IMG/VR virus record: IMGVR_UViG_3300002092_000187
Coordinates: 1-24,597 of that record
From: a virus
Taxonomy: Duplodnaviria; Caudoviricetes
Direction: 5' to 3' (one strand)
Length of the DNA stretch: 24,597 nucleotides
The notes below the pieces were generated by a model. That model searched no databases and was not told the DNA's origin. It worked only from the letters and a program-made list of their open reading frames with translations. A program made the position numbers and the translations under genes. The stretch's first letter is position 1; each line of letters opens with the position of its first letter. Shown here piece after piece: positions 16,593 to 24,597 of the stretch.

Positions 16593-18722
16593 ATGGCAAC
16601 AGACGCAGAAAGTTTTAATCGCGACCTATATGATCTTCTAAAAGTTAGAGGATACCATCCAGTGCCGCTTGATTCTAAGAATCAAAGAGTAAATGCACCA
16701 CAAGAAGCTGATGTTATTCAATTTGTCTTCACTAAAGACGGAAAAGAATACGGTAAAGTCTGGATCAGCGTAGATAAAGCTAAACAAATCACTATCTACT
16801 ATGACAACGACCAAGAAGATAGCCCGAATGATGTAACACCCGGTGTAGAATACGATGACACTTGGACAGGTCTACTAAAGAATCTCAAGAAGTGGGCAAT
16901 GAGAAGACAACTAGACTTTGATCTACAAAATAAGGACCGTCTAGGCGATGATATGCGACAAAGGGAACATTATAAAATGAAAGAGAAACTTGGCGAAGGC
17001 TATCATTCAATGGGTAAGAAAGCCAGCTACAATGACGGCGTGCCTAATGTAAAGATCGTGTTACAGCACAGCCGCAACATTGAAGAAGGTGAGCAAAGAT
17101 TCCGCAATGTCGCCCGTATCTTTGTTGAAAATACAGACGGTGAGAGATTCTTACTCCCTACTACTCGTCCAGGCATCGCAAGGGTCTATGCTAGACACAT
17201 CGCAGAAGGTGGTACACCATACGATGAGCGTGGAAAGCATATTACATCTCTCGTAGAAGAATACAATCAGATGGCAGGATTCGTCCGTGCCACCCGCAAT
17301 GGCCAGTTCAATGAATCAACACAATCATTGGTGAACGAAGGTACCAATCACTACAACAATCTTCGCGAGACACTCGGCAAGATGACCGGTCTTCGTGGTT
17401 ACAATAACTATTTTGAATCTTGGACTCCTGCTCTCATGGAAGATGATGGAGATAGCTCTGCCATCAATGAACTATTCGTCCAAGAGACGCTAGACCCTCG
17501 CATTGAATCGGTCATGCCTATCCTATCTCGCATTCACAAGAAGGTAAACGAGATGCAGGAAGTTGATGCATTAGCCGAATGGGCTGATGGCGTTGCGAAC
17601 GAACATTTAGTTGAAGCCCCTGACAGAAAATACACTGTGGTCACGGCCAGTAATCGTGAAGGTGTAGAAGTAACGGCTGACAATGATGCTGATGCGTTAG
17701 AAAAAGGTGCCAAACAATTAGGAGTCTCTAAGAAAGAAGTCTACTTTAAATCCGCCAAAGCAAAATCAGGGGGTAAATCTTCTACAGATACCTCATTGGA
17801 AAAAGCTAAACTAACAGCAAAAAATAAGAAATCTTCAGCCAAAACCTTTTTGAAACGACTTTTAAAGCTTCCGGAAGGCGAAGAAAACCTAGAAGAAACA
17901 CATGATAAGCGACACGGCGGTCCATATGATCGTGGTTCTGCTGATAGTTACTATCGTCGCGACCCTCGTCCCCATTATTATGTAGGTGCTACTGCATCGT
18001 CTGATAGGGTTGAAAGGGAAAACATGACCCCTGAGGAAATCAAGGCCTACCATGCGGGTTATAAAGATAATGATGAGGCAGGTGAATTCAAGCAATGGAA
18101 CGAGGACAACGAAAAGATTGACGAAATCTCTGCAAGCAAGTTAGGCAGATATGCTAGAGCAGCAGCAGACGATAGTGACGCTACATTGGATAGAATCGTT
18201 GACAAAGGTTTTGATAATATAGATCCAAAAGATCAGAAGCGTCACGAAAAGCGACATGCCGGCGGCACCCTAGCAATCAAGAAAGTAGCAGGCTTTCCTG
18301 GCACGGTTAATAGACCAGCAACCCTTGACGAAAACTTACCTGACACTATCAAGAAGGTCAAGAAGGGTATAAAGTCATTCAAGCGTGGTATGGACGGTTG
18401 GGGTTATGGGGGCAAGGGCGATAGCACAGTAAGTAGTGTTAAGGACGTTACTAACAACTTATCTCCTGATTCCGCTAAGTTTGCTTTGGATAGTAAAGTT
18501 GATAAAGGTTCTCCTGCCGAACTACAGCAAAAATTAATTAGGCGTAAGATGAAACAGTCCGGTCAGAATCAAGTTGAAGAAGACTTAGATGCTAATCAAA
18601 AACGCGCCGGACAACTCGGCCCTACTGAAAAGGTCAAGCACAACAACATCGGTAAATTGGTCGGTGCCAATGAAAGCGTTGACGCAGAACTGGCACACAT
18701 CAGAAAACTCTCTGGTCTCTAA
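16593..18722 (+). CDS. large late hypothetical protein, modular; candidate protease-processed head/core protein
   Basis: 709 aa, late promoter, next to terL; many hydrophobic-x-E motifs; ends ELAHIRKLSGL. Confidence 0.75.
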   Translation: MATDAESFNRDLYDLLKVRGYHPVPLDSKNQRVNAPQEADVIQFVFTKDGKEYGKVWISVDKAKQITIYYDNDQEDSPNDVTPGVEYDDTWTGLLKNLKKWAMRRQLDFDLQNKDRLGDDMRQREHYKMKEKLGEGYHSMGKKASYNDGVPNVKIVLQHSRNIEEGEQRFRNVARIFVENTDGERFLLPTTRPGIARVYARHIAEGGTPYDERGKHITSLVEEYNQMAGFVRATRNGQFNESTQSLVNEGTNHYNNLRETLGKMTGLRGYNNYFESWTPALMEDDGDSSAINELFVQETLDPRIESVMPILSRIHKKVNEMQEVDALAEWADGVANEHLVEAPDRKYTVVTASNREGVEVTADNDADALEKGAKQLGVSKKEVYFKSAKAKSGGKSSTDTSLEKAKLTAKNKKSSAKTFLKRLLKLPEGEENLEETHDKRHGGPYDRGSADSYYRRDPRPHYYVGATASSDRVERENMTPEEIKAYHAGYKDNDEAGEFKQWNEDNEKIDEISASKLGRYARAAADDSDATLDRIVDKGFDNIDPKDQKRHEKRHAGGTLAIKKVAGFPGTVNRPATLDENLPDTIKKVKKGIKSFKRGMDGWGYGGKGDSTVSSVKDVTNNLSPDSAKFALDSKVDKGSPAELQQKLIRRKMKQSGQNQVEEDLDANQKRAGQLGPTEKVKHNNIGKLVGANESVDAELAHIRKLSGL

Positions 18723-18757
18723 CGCAAAATAGAATAATATTACTTACCCAATTACAG

Positions 18758-18796
18758 TATAAATACATTGACACAAGATGAACTATCTAGTATAGT
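18758..18796 (+). promoter_or_regulatory. tandem late (TATAAATA 18758-18765) and sigma70-type (TTGACA 18768-18773, 17 nt, TATAGT 18791-18796) promoters for the SSB gene
   Basis: Direct motif match in the intergenic region. Confidence 0.72.
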
Positions 18797-18884
18797 TCAT
18801 ATTGTGTTAGTTGTCTCCTTGACAGCAAAACATAAAACTAACTTAAAGCTCAACATAGGCACATTTAAAAAGGAAAAAACTAAA

Positions 18885-19868
18885 ATGGCATCACTTCAAG
18901 AAATCCGGGCCCGTATCGCGGCCACCGAAAATAAGAACCAACCACGAGGTTCTAACACTCAATCTGATAACGCAATCTATGCACACTGGAATATGGACGA
19001 AGGTGCTACGGCAACTATTCGCTTCCTTCCAGACGCTGACTCTAAGAACACATTCTTCTGGGTAGAACGGGCTATGATCAAGTTGCCCTTCAACGGTGTC
19101 AAGGGTGATTCTAATTCAAAGCAACTCACTGTTCAAGTTCCCTGCGTAGAGATGTACGGCGATAACTGCCCTGTTCTCGCAGAAGTTCGTCCTTGGTATA
19201 AGGACGAGACGCTGAAGGATATGGCTAACAAGTATTGGAAGAAGCGTTCTTATATCTTCCAAGGTTTTGTCCGTCAGAATCCTATCGGAGATGACACGAC
19301 CCCCGCGAATCCTATTCGTCGTTTCGTGATCTCCCCGCAAATCTTCACTGTCATTAAGTCTTCACTCATGGATCCTGAGTTGGAAGAATTGCCAACTGAT
19401 TATATGCGTGGCCTTGACTTCAACATCAAGAAGACTTCTAAGGGCGGTTATGCCGAATATTCTACTTCTAACTGGGCCCGTAAGGAATCGGCTCTAACTG
19501 AAGTGGAACAAGCTGCTATTGAAGCACACGGTCTGTTTAATCTCACAGACTTCTTGCCTAAGAAGCCATCTGAGGCTGAACTTCGCATCATCAAGGAAAT
19601 GTTTGAAGCTTCGGTTGACGGTCGCCCTTATGATAATGACAAGTGGGGTGCATACTATCGTCCTTATGGACTTGATGCCCCTGCTGGTGCAACCGCAGTG
19701 AAACAAACTGAGTCTATCGCAGCCGGCTCAACTGTAGTTGCACCGACTATCGTTGATGAAGATGATACTCCTCCCTTTGATGTTGATCCTGTAGTTGTCC
19801 CGAAGGCAACTTCAAGCGATAAGGCACAGGACATCTTGAAGATGATCCGTGAAAGACAATCCAAGTAG
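18885..19868 (+). CDS. single-stranded DNA-binding protein (T4 gp32-like)
   Basis: IRFLP, C..YG..CPV, YWKKRSY, DF.IKKT.KGGYA.YS.S, acidic tail; SD AAGGA supports ATG 18885; clustered with UvsX/UvsY. Confidence 0.9.
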   Translation: MASLQEIRARIAATENKNQPRGSNTQSDNAIYAHWNMDEGATATIRFLPDADSKNTFFWVERAMIKLPFNGVKGDSNSKQLTVQVPCVEMYGDNCPVLAEVRPWYKDETLKDMANKYWKKRSYIFQGFVRQNPIGDDTTPANPIRRFVISPQIFTVIKSSLMDPELEELPTDYMRGLDFNIKKTSKGGYAEYSTSNWARKESALTEVEQAAIEAHGLFNLTDFLPKKPSEAELRIIKEMFEASVDGRPYDNDKWGAYYRPYGLDAPAGATAVKQTESIAAGSTVVAPTIVDEDDTPPFDVDPVVVPKATSSDKAQDILKMIRERQSK

Positions 19869-19907
19869 GATTGTCCTAATGATCGGGGGTTAACTACCCC
19901 CGATCAT
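19866..19907 (+). other. twin hairpin after the SSB gene
   Basis: TAGGA-TTG-TCCTA followed by the perfect 12-bp stem ATGATCGGGGGT-TAACT-ACCCCCGATCAT; no U-tract. Confidence 0.7.
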
Positions 19908-19924
19908 ATATGGGAGAAAAAAAC

Positions 19925-20155
19925 ATGACCATGCCAGATGAAAGATATCGTGCTTTAAAACAAAGCAAGAAACTTTTGGAAGAACTTTGCGATCCAGGCA
20001 AGACTCCACGAGTTCCTAGTATTATTCGTGACCGTGCTAGAGGTATACTGCGTCATTTTCCAATGGATTCTGACTTAGATAGACTTACTGAGCAGTGTCC
20101 CGAATTACTTGAAAAAATATCTTATAATGATAAGATGAAACAAATCGTTAGATAA
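19925..20155 (+). CDS. hypothetical phage protein
   Basis: SD GGGAG then ATG 19925; MTMPDERYRAL...LRHFP. Confidence 0.75.
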   Translation: MTMPDERYRALKQSKKLLEELCDPGKTPRVPSIIRDRARGILRHFPMDSDLDRLTEQCPELLEKISYNDKMKQIVR

Positions 20156-20165
20156 GGAAATAACA

Positions 20166-20669
20166 TTGGCTAATAAACGATCCTCAGAAAGAGATGCTGC
20201 TATAGCAGCAGGTAAAGATACTTACTTTACCGGTAAGCCCTGTAAAAGAGGGCATATCTCTGAGAGGTTTGTAGCTACCCACACCTGCGTAGAATGCTCT
20301 CGCGGAGACCATTACCAATCAGATAGAGACCGATATCGGGCAATGGATAACACTATGCCCCATCAGTTTCGTCAACGAAAAAATCAGGCAATTAAAAAGG
20401 GAATCCCATTCACAGTTGAGTTGGATGACCTAGAACAGCCCGAATATTGTCCGGTGTTAGGTCTAAAGTTAAACTACGCATGGGGTGGGAAGAACGGTAA
20501 AGCAACTGACCCGTGCAAGGCAACAATAGATAAATTGGATCCTAGCAAGGGTTATGTGCCGGGGAATGTTTTTATTATATCTTGGAGAGCAAACAAACTT
20601 AAGTCAGACATGACACTAAACGAATTGGAAAAGATTTTGACATATATAAAGGAAAGAAATAATGGCTAA
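20166..20669 (+). CDS. putative HNH/His-Me-finger-like homing endonuclease with N-terminal Zn-binding module
   Basis: YFTGKPCKRGH...CVEC; CPVLG...TIDKLDPSKGYVPGNVFIISWRANKLK; TTG start after AAGGA. Confidence 0.7.
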   Translation: MANKRSSERDAAIAAGKDTYFTGKPCKRGHISERFVATHTCVECSRGDHYQSDRDRYRAMDNTMPHQFRQRKNQAIKKGIPFTVELDDLEQPEYCPVLGLKLNYAWGGKNGKATDPCKATIDKLDPSKGYVPGNVFIISWRANKLKSDMTLNELEKILTYIKERNNG

Positions 20670-21732
20670 GCCGTTTGATATAAGCAAGTTTCGCCGCGAT
20701 ATTACTAAGGCTATTGACGGCCTTAGCATCGGGTTTCACGACCCAACAGATTGGATAAGTACAGGTAACTATGCACTCAATTATCGTATTAGCAGTGATT
20801 TTAATAAAGGCATTCCTCTTGGCAAGGTTACTGTCTTTGCCGGAGAATCAGGAGCAGGAAAATCATTTATCTGCTCCGGTAATCTGGTTCGTAATGCCCA
20901 AGAGCAAGGTATCTTTGTTGTTCTGATTGACACAGAAAATGCTCTAGATGAAGCTTGGCTTCATGCATTGGGTGTGTCAACTGACGAAAGTAAGTTGCTG
21001 AAACTCAACATGGCAATGATTGATGATGTTGGTAAGACTATCAGTGAATTCATGAAGTCATACAAGCTCCTGCCACCGGAAGATCGCCCGAAGATTCTGT
21101 TTGTTATTGACAGTCTCGGCATGTTGCTCACTCCTACTGATGTAAATCAGTTTGAAGCAGGTGATATGAAGGGTGATATGGGTCGCAAGCCTAAGGCACT
21201 GACTGCTCTTGTTCGTAATTGTGTCAACATGTTCGGTTCATACAATGTAGGTATGGTTTGCACAAATCATACATATGCTTCACAAGATATGTTTGATCCA
21301 GACGACAAGATTTCAGGTGGTTCAGGATTCGTCTATGCATCTTCTATCGTCGTTGCAATGAAGAAGCTCAAGCTCAAGGAAGACGAAGACGGCAACAAGA
21401 TCAGCGAAGTGCGTGGTATTCGTGCTGCGTGTAAGGTAATGAAGACTCGTTACGGCAAACCTTTTGAATCTGTTCAAGTCAAGATTCCATATGAGACTGG
21501 CATGAATCCTTATTCAGGCTTACTTGATATGTTTGAGGCTATGGAACTTCTCAAGAAGGAAGGCAATTCTCTTGTCTATACTTGTGTTGATGGAACTACC
21601 ATCAAGAAGTTCCGAAAAGGTTGGGAACGTAATGACGACGGTTGCCTTGATCGGGTGATGCTGGAGTTCACTAAAAAGCCTCGTGCTAGTCTAAATATTG
21701 CTAGCGTAGAAGAAGAGGAACTTGCAGAATGA
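20662..21732 (+). CDS. uvsX: RecA/UvsX recombinase
   Basis: STGNYALN, GESGAGKS Walker A, IDTENALD, VIDSLG, NHTY, SGG; gp32/UvsY context. Confidence 0.95.
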   Translation: MAKPFDISKFRRDITKAIDGLSIGFHDPTDWISTGNYALNYRISSDFNKGIPLGKVTVFAGESGAGKSFICSGNLVRNAQEQGIFVVLIDTENALDEAWLHALGVSTDESKLLKLNMAMIDDVGKTISEFMKSYKLLPPEDRPKILFVIDSLGMLLTPTDVNQFEAGDMKGDMGRKPKALTALVRNCVNMFGSYNVGMVCTNHTYASQDMFDPDDKISGGSGFVYASSIVVAMKKLKLKEDEDGNKISEVRGIRAACKVMKTRYGKPFESVQVKIPYETGMNPYSGLLDMFEAMELLKKEGNSLVYTCVDGTTIKKFRKGWERNDDGCLDRVMLEFTKKPRASLNIASVEEEELAE

Positions 21733-21992
21733 GTCTAGCACTAATTAATGAAATTTGGAAAGTATTAAAGCCCAGCATAGAAACAGGTGATATTGGTTCT
21801 GCTGCTGAGACGCTTGTCAACTACCTAGTTGATGAAGCATACTCTCCGGCTGAAATTAAGCAGGTGTTTAGACTAGATTCTGATGTAAAAGGAGCCTTGT
21901 CTTATTATCTGGAAACCCCTGAGTGGGGCCTCTTAGAGGACGAAGAAGAAGACTACTCTATTGATTACTATGATGATGAAGAAGATTACTAA
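21729..21992 (+). CDS. hypothetical protein with acidic C-terminus
   Basis: Overlap-coupled between uvsX and uvsY; tail LEDEEEDYSIDYYDDEEDY. Confidence 0.8.
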   Translation: MSLALINEIWKVLKPSIETGDIGSAAETLVNYLVDEAYSPAEIKQVFRLDSDVKGALSYYLETPEWGLLEDEEEDYSIDYYDDEEDY

Positions 21993-22450
21993 TGACATGG
22001 TACAGCCGGATTACACAAGATTTAAGCGTATTACCGGACTTTATAACTCATTACGAAAATGAAATCATTTCTGCTAAATCAGATGTAAGGGTATATGGCA
22101 ATGTGGAAAAGAATATTGCTGCATTGCCAGGAATTACAGAGTATCGTTTCAACCAACTTCAAGAGGTTGAAGCGGTACTCAATTTTCTCAATATACAACT
22201 GAGACAGATTCGTAGAAAGCATTTTCAGAAGTATCTTGAGGGTTATGCCCGTGCATTGACCTCGCGTGATGCTGAGAAGTATGTTGATGGTGAACAGGAA
22301 GTCATTGACTTTGAAGTCCTCATCAATGAAATTGCTTTAATGAGAAATAAGTATCTAGGAATTATGAAAGGAATTGAATCTAAGAACTTCATGCTAGGGC
22401 ATGTGGTTAGGTTAAGAACTGCTGGAATGGAAGACGTAACACTTGGATAA
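21992..22450 (+). CDS. uvsY: recombination mediator, UvsY-like
   Basis: 152-aa helical protein, KYVDGE...GIESK..ML...V.LR.AG pattern; position after uvsX. Confidence 0.75.
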   Translation: MTWYSRITQDLSVLPDFITHYENEIISAKSDVRVYGNVEKNIAALPGITEYRFNQLQEVEAVLNFLNIQLRQIRRKHFQKYLEGYARALTSRDAEKYVDGEQEVIDFEVLINEIALMRNKYLGIMKGIESKNFMLGHVVRLRTAGMEDVTLG

Positions 22451-22455
22451 ACAAG

Positions 22456-23646
22456 ATGACAATTGATAAAGCATATGTAGTTGGTTATGGACTCGTGGAT
22501 ACTCTAGGAAACAATCCAAAAGATTGCTTTAAGCGTATGCTAGATGATACTGATTACTCTTCTGACATTCCGGCCATGATAGAAGAAAATCATAAGATTT
22601 ATCGGGCATATGTCACTGATGAATCAAACCTAGTGTTGCCTGAAGGATGGGTGAGTCGTGGAACTACCTTGACTCAAAAGATGGCAATGCATTGTACTAA
22701 ACAAGCGTTGGAGATGGCAAATCTCCCGCATAGTAGCAATGTGGCTGTTATTTTTAGCACTTGTTTGAATGATACTGAGACTATTGAAGAGTATTTCCCT
22801 AAACTCGTAGCAAACAAAAGGATTAACCCGAGGATAGTGGTCAATCGCATTTTGGATATGGCCAGTTGTCATATCAATAGTCATTGGCAATATCTAGGAA
22901 TAAACACCTCTGTGTTTGCATCATGTGCAACTGGCATTTTCTCTATAGACTATGCGATGCGACTGCTTGATGAATACGATTATGTTATCTGTGGAAGCGG
23001 TGATGCTGGTTCACATCGTATTGCTATGAAGTATTTTATGGCGATCAATGCTCTCGGAAATGTTAACACCCCGTTTGATGACACTCGTGAAGGATTTGTC
23101 ATGGGAAATGGCACTGGTGTGCTAGTATTAGCATCTCAGAAATCAGTAGAGAAATACGGGGCAACAGTCCACGCTACACTTTATCCTGCTGGTTTGGCGA
23201 GCGATGCGTTTGATCAGACTTCCCCTGCCCAAGATGGAAGGGGTGCTAGGTTAGCTATGAGTAAGGCACTTGCTAGCAATGTTTCTATTGACGCGGTATC
23301 TGCCCATGCTACTAGCACTCCGGTCGGAGATATCATTGAATACGCTGCTGTAACCGACTGTGTTAAGGATATTCCTATCTATGCACCGAAATCAAAGATT
23401 GGTCATACACTCGCAGGTGCTGGCATAGTAGAAACAATCTATGCTATTGAATCTATGAAGTTTGGTATCATTCCTCATATTCATAATCTAAAGGAAGCAT
23501 CAATGGATGTTCATAATTGTTTAGTGCGTGAGAATAAGAAGTTTGATGATAAACCAATCTTAAGAACCTTAAATAATTCGTTTGGATTTGGCGGCAAGTG
23601 TGCTGCACAGATCATTGAAGTTGATCGGAGAACACAATGGCTGTAA
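22456..23646 (+). CDS. beta-ketoacyl-ACP synthase (FabF/FabB-like)
   Basis: ASCATG catalytic Cys, AHATST and KSKIGHTLAGAG His motifs, PFD..REGFVMG, NSFGFGG. Confidence 0.93.
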   Translation: MTIDKAYVVGYGLVDTLGNNPKDCFKRMLDDTDYSSDIPAMIEENHKIYRAYVTDESNLVLPEGWVSRGTTLTQKMAMHCTKQALEMANLPHSSNVAVIFSTCLNDTETIEEYFPKLVANKRINPRIVVNRILDMASCHINSHWQYLGINTSVFASCATGIFSIDYAMRLLDEYDYVICGSGDAGSHRIAMKYFMAINALGNVNTPFDDTREGFVMGNGTGVLVLASQKSVEKYGATVHATLYPAGLASDAFDQTSPAQDGRGARLAMSKALASNVSIDAVSAHATSTPVGDIIEYAAVTDCVKDIPIYAPKSKIGHTLAGAGIVETIYAIESMKFGIIPHIHNLKEASMDVHNCLVRENKKFDDKPILRTLNNSFGFGGKCAAQIIEVDRRTQWL

Positions 23647-24347
23647 CCGACTGGAATTTACTTTATAGTAATATGGCGACTACTCCTACTCCTACACCCA
23701 TAGAGCGACATATTATTATAGGGGCAGATTTAATCACACTTAGTTGTACCCGCTATCGTCTAACTAATGAGGATCGTGCCGGTAACTTTGCACCCCCTAT
23801 TTCATCTCCTTTTGAAACGGAGCAAATTACAGATGAAGACCGCATTCTTGCCGACAAGATAAAATCACACTTTGGAAAAAAGTTGATGGTGTTGACGTTA
23901 CGCGGTACCGAATTAACTGCATTCCGCAAAGATTTGAGCATTTTAGTTAATACTGACTACTCTAAGAATGACTATTCATATCCCGACAAGTTTATGCCTA
24001 TGGCTTACAAACTGCCATACTTCTATCATTATGATAAGGAACTCATCAAAATCTTCGGCGGAGAGTATCGCAATATCAAAGATAGTAACACCTGGCCTAG
24101 CGAAAAAAGCCAGCTTACGTTCATCAATAAGATTCGGAATCACCTCAAAAAAGATGTCACGTTTGAATATTGGTTTTCTGATGAGAGGGATAACCGTATC
24201 TTATTAAAAATTGATCGTAAGAATCCACTCCTTCCTGTATTTGATTTGATCATCAAGGAGCCGATATCTGTCAGTGGAACCTTCGCTTACTGTGAACGAG
24301 AGGAACTGCGTTTCTACCAAGCTAGAAATTGGCAATTTGCTATCTAA
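23637..24347 (+). CDS. hypothetical phage protein
   Basis: 236-aa ORF overlapping the KAS stop, SD GGAG. Confidence 0.75.
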   Translation: MAVTDWNLLYSNMATTPTPTPIERHIIIGADLITLSCTRYRLTNEDRAGNFAPPISSPFETEQITDEDRILADKIKSHFGKKLMVLTLRGTELTAFRKDLSILVNTDYSKNDYSYPDKFMPMAYKLPYFYHYDKELIKIFGGEYRNIKDSNTWPSEKSQLTFINKIRNHLKKDVTFEYWFSDERDNRILLKIDRKNPLLPVFDLIIKEPISVSGTFAYCEREELRFYQARNWQFAI

Positions 24348-24370
24348 TTTCATATTAGGTCACTTTTCAG

Positions 24371-24399
24371 TTGACATTGGTTACCCATTTTGCTATGTT
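24371..24399 (+). promoter_or_regulatory. sigma70-type early promoter
   Basis: TTGACA, 17 nt ending TTTGC, TATGTT; same architecture as the 237-265 promoter. Confidence 0.78.
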
Positions 24400-24431
24400 G
24401 AATAGTAGAGGTTGAACAAGGTGATACGATA

Positions 24432-24597
24432 ATGGAAACCCCGACAAAGCATGTTCTTCCGAGTGGCACCAAAGAATGGTTCCGAAACGGCAAATATCAC
24501 CGAGAAGATGGCCCGGCAATTGAATATGCAGATGGCACCAAAAAATGGTATCTGAACGGCAAACTTCACCGAGAAGATGGTCCGGCAGTTGAACGTG
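24432..24597 (+). CDS. 3'-truncated 23-aa-repeat protein (copy C)
   Basis: Absent from the ORF track. SD AAGGTG, ATG 24432: METPTKHVLPSGTKEWFRNGKYHREDGPAIEYADGTKKWYLNGKLHREDGPAVER...; open to the window end. Confidence 0.85.
   Translation, partial: METPTKHVLPSGTKEWFRNGKYHREDGPAIEYADGTKKWYLNGKLHREDGPAVER

Noticed and set aside
18768-18884. N-terminal extensions in track ORFs (also 1420-1482, 1777-1836, 12476-12517, 14777-14863)
   Set aside because: They overlap promoters or terminators; downstream ATGs with SD sequences are better starts.
1-24597. Repeat genes as diversity-generating retroelement targets
   Set aside because: No reverse transcriptase in the window; many adenines (CAC CGA GAA GAT) are invariant and some changes are C/T, which does not fit adenine-specific mutagenesis. 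A template elsewhere cannot be fully excluded.
24487-24597. Terminal direct repeat indicating a complete circular genome
   Set aside because: The ends are similar but not identical, and core genes (capsid, portal, polymerase) are missing.
1-24597. tRNA/rRNA genes or stop-codon reassignment
   Set aside because: No cloverleaf-like sequence seen in the short intergenic gaps; genes are full length in the standard code and use all three stops.

Overview
A 24.6-kb segment of a large T4-related tailed dsDNA phage, probably infecting a Gram-negative host (it has a spanin pair). All credible genes are on the + strand. In order: a MoxR-type AAA ATPase and an HEXXH/VWA partner, thymidylate synthase, a GIY-YIG endonuclease, a sugar-modification trio (NAD-dependent epimerase, radical SAM/SPASM, DegT aminotransferase), spanins, baseplate/fibre-like and candidate internal head proteins, a methyltransferase, the terminase large subunit, gp32 SSB, an HNH-like nuclease, UvsX, UvsY and a FabF/FabB-like ketoacyl synthase. 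Most notable: (1) terL is broken into two genes by an atypically split intein (33-aa IntN, ~111-aa IntC) with a GIY-YIG gene between the halves; (2) a dispersed family of 69-bp-repeat genes (three copies, two at the window ends) has a nearly invariant DNA scaffold with whole-codon variation at a few fixed positions; (3) a second thyA 3' end is stranded behind the GIY-YIG gene, inside a chain of ATGA-coupled mini-ORFs; (4) four late genes have ATG exactly 5 nt after a TAAATA late-promoter core and no Shine-Dalgarno, suggesting leaderless mRNAs; (5) some proteins carry T4-like capsid-targeting and protease-site motifs. All family assignments come from motif recognition by eye, not database searches.
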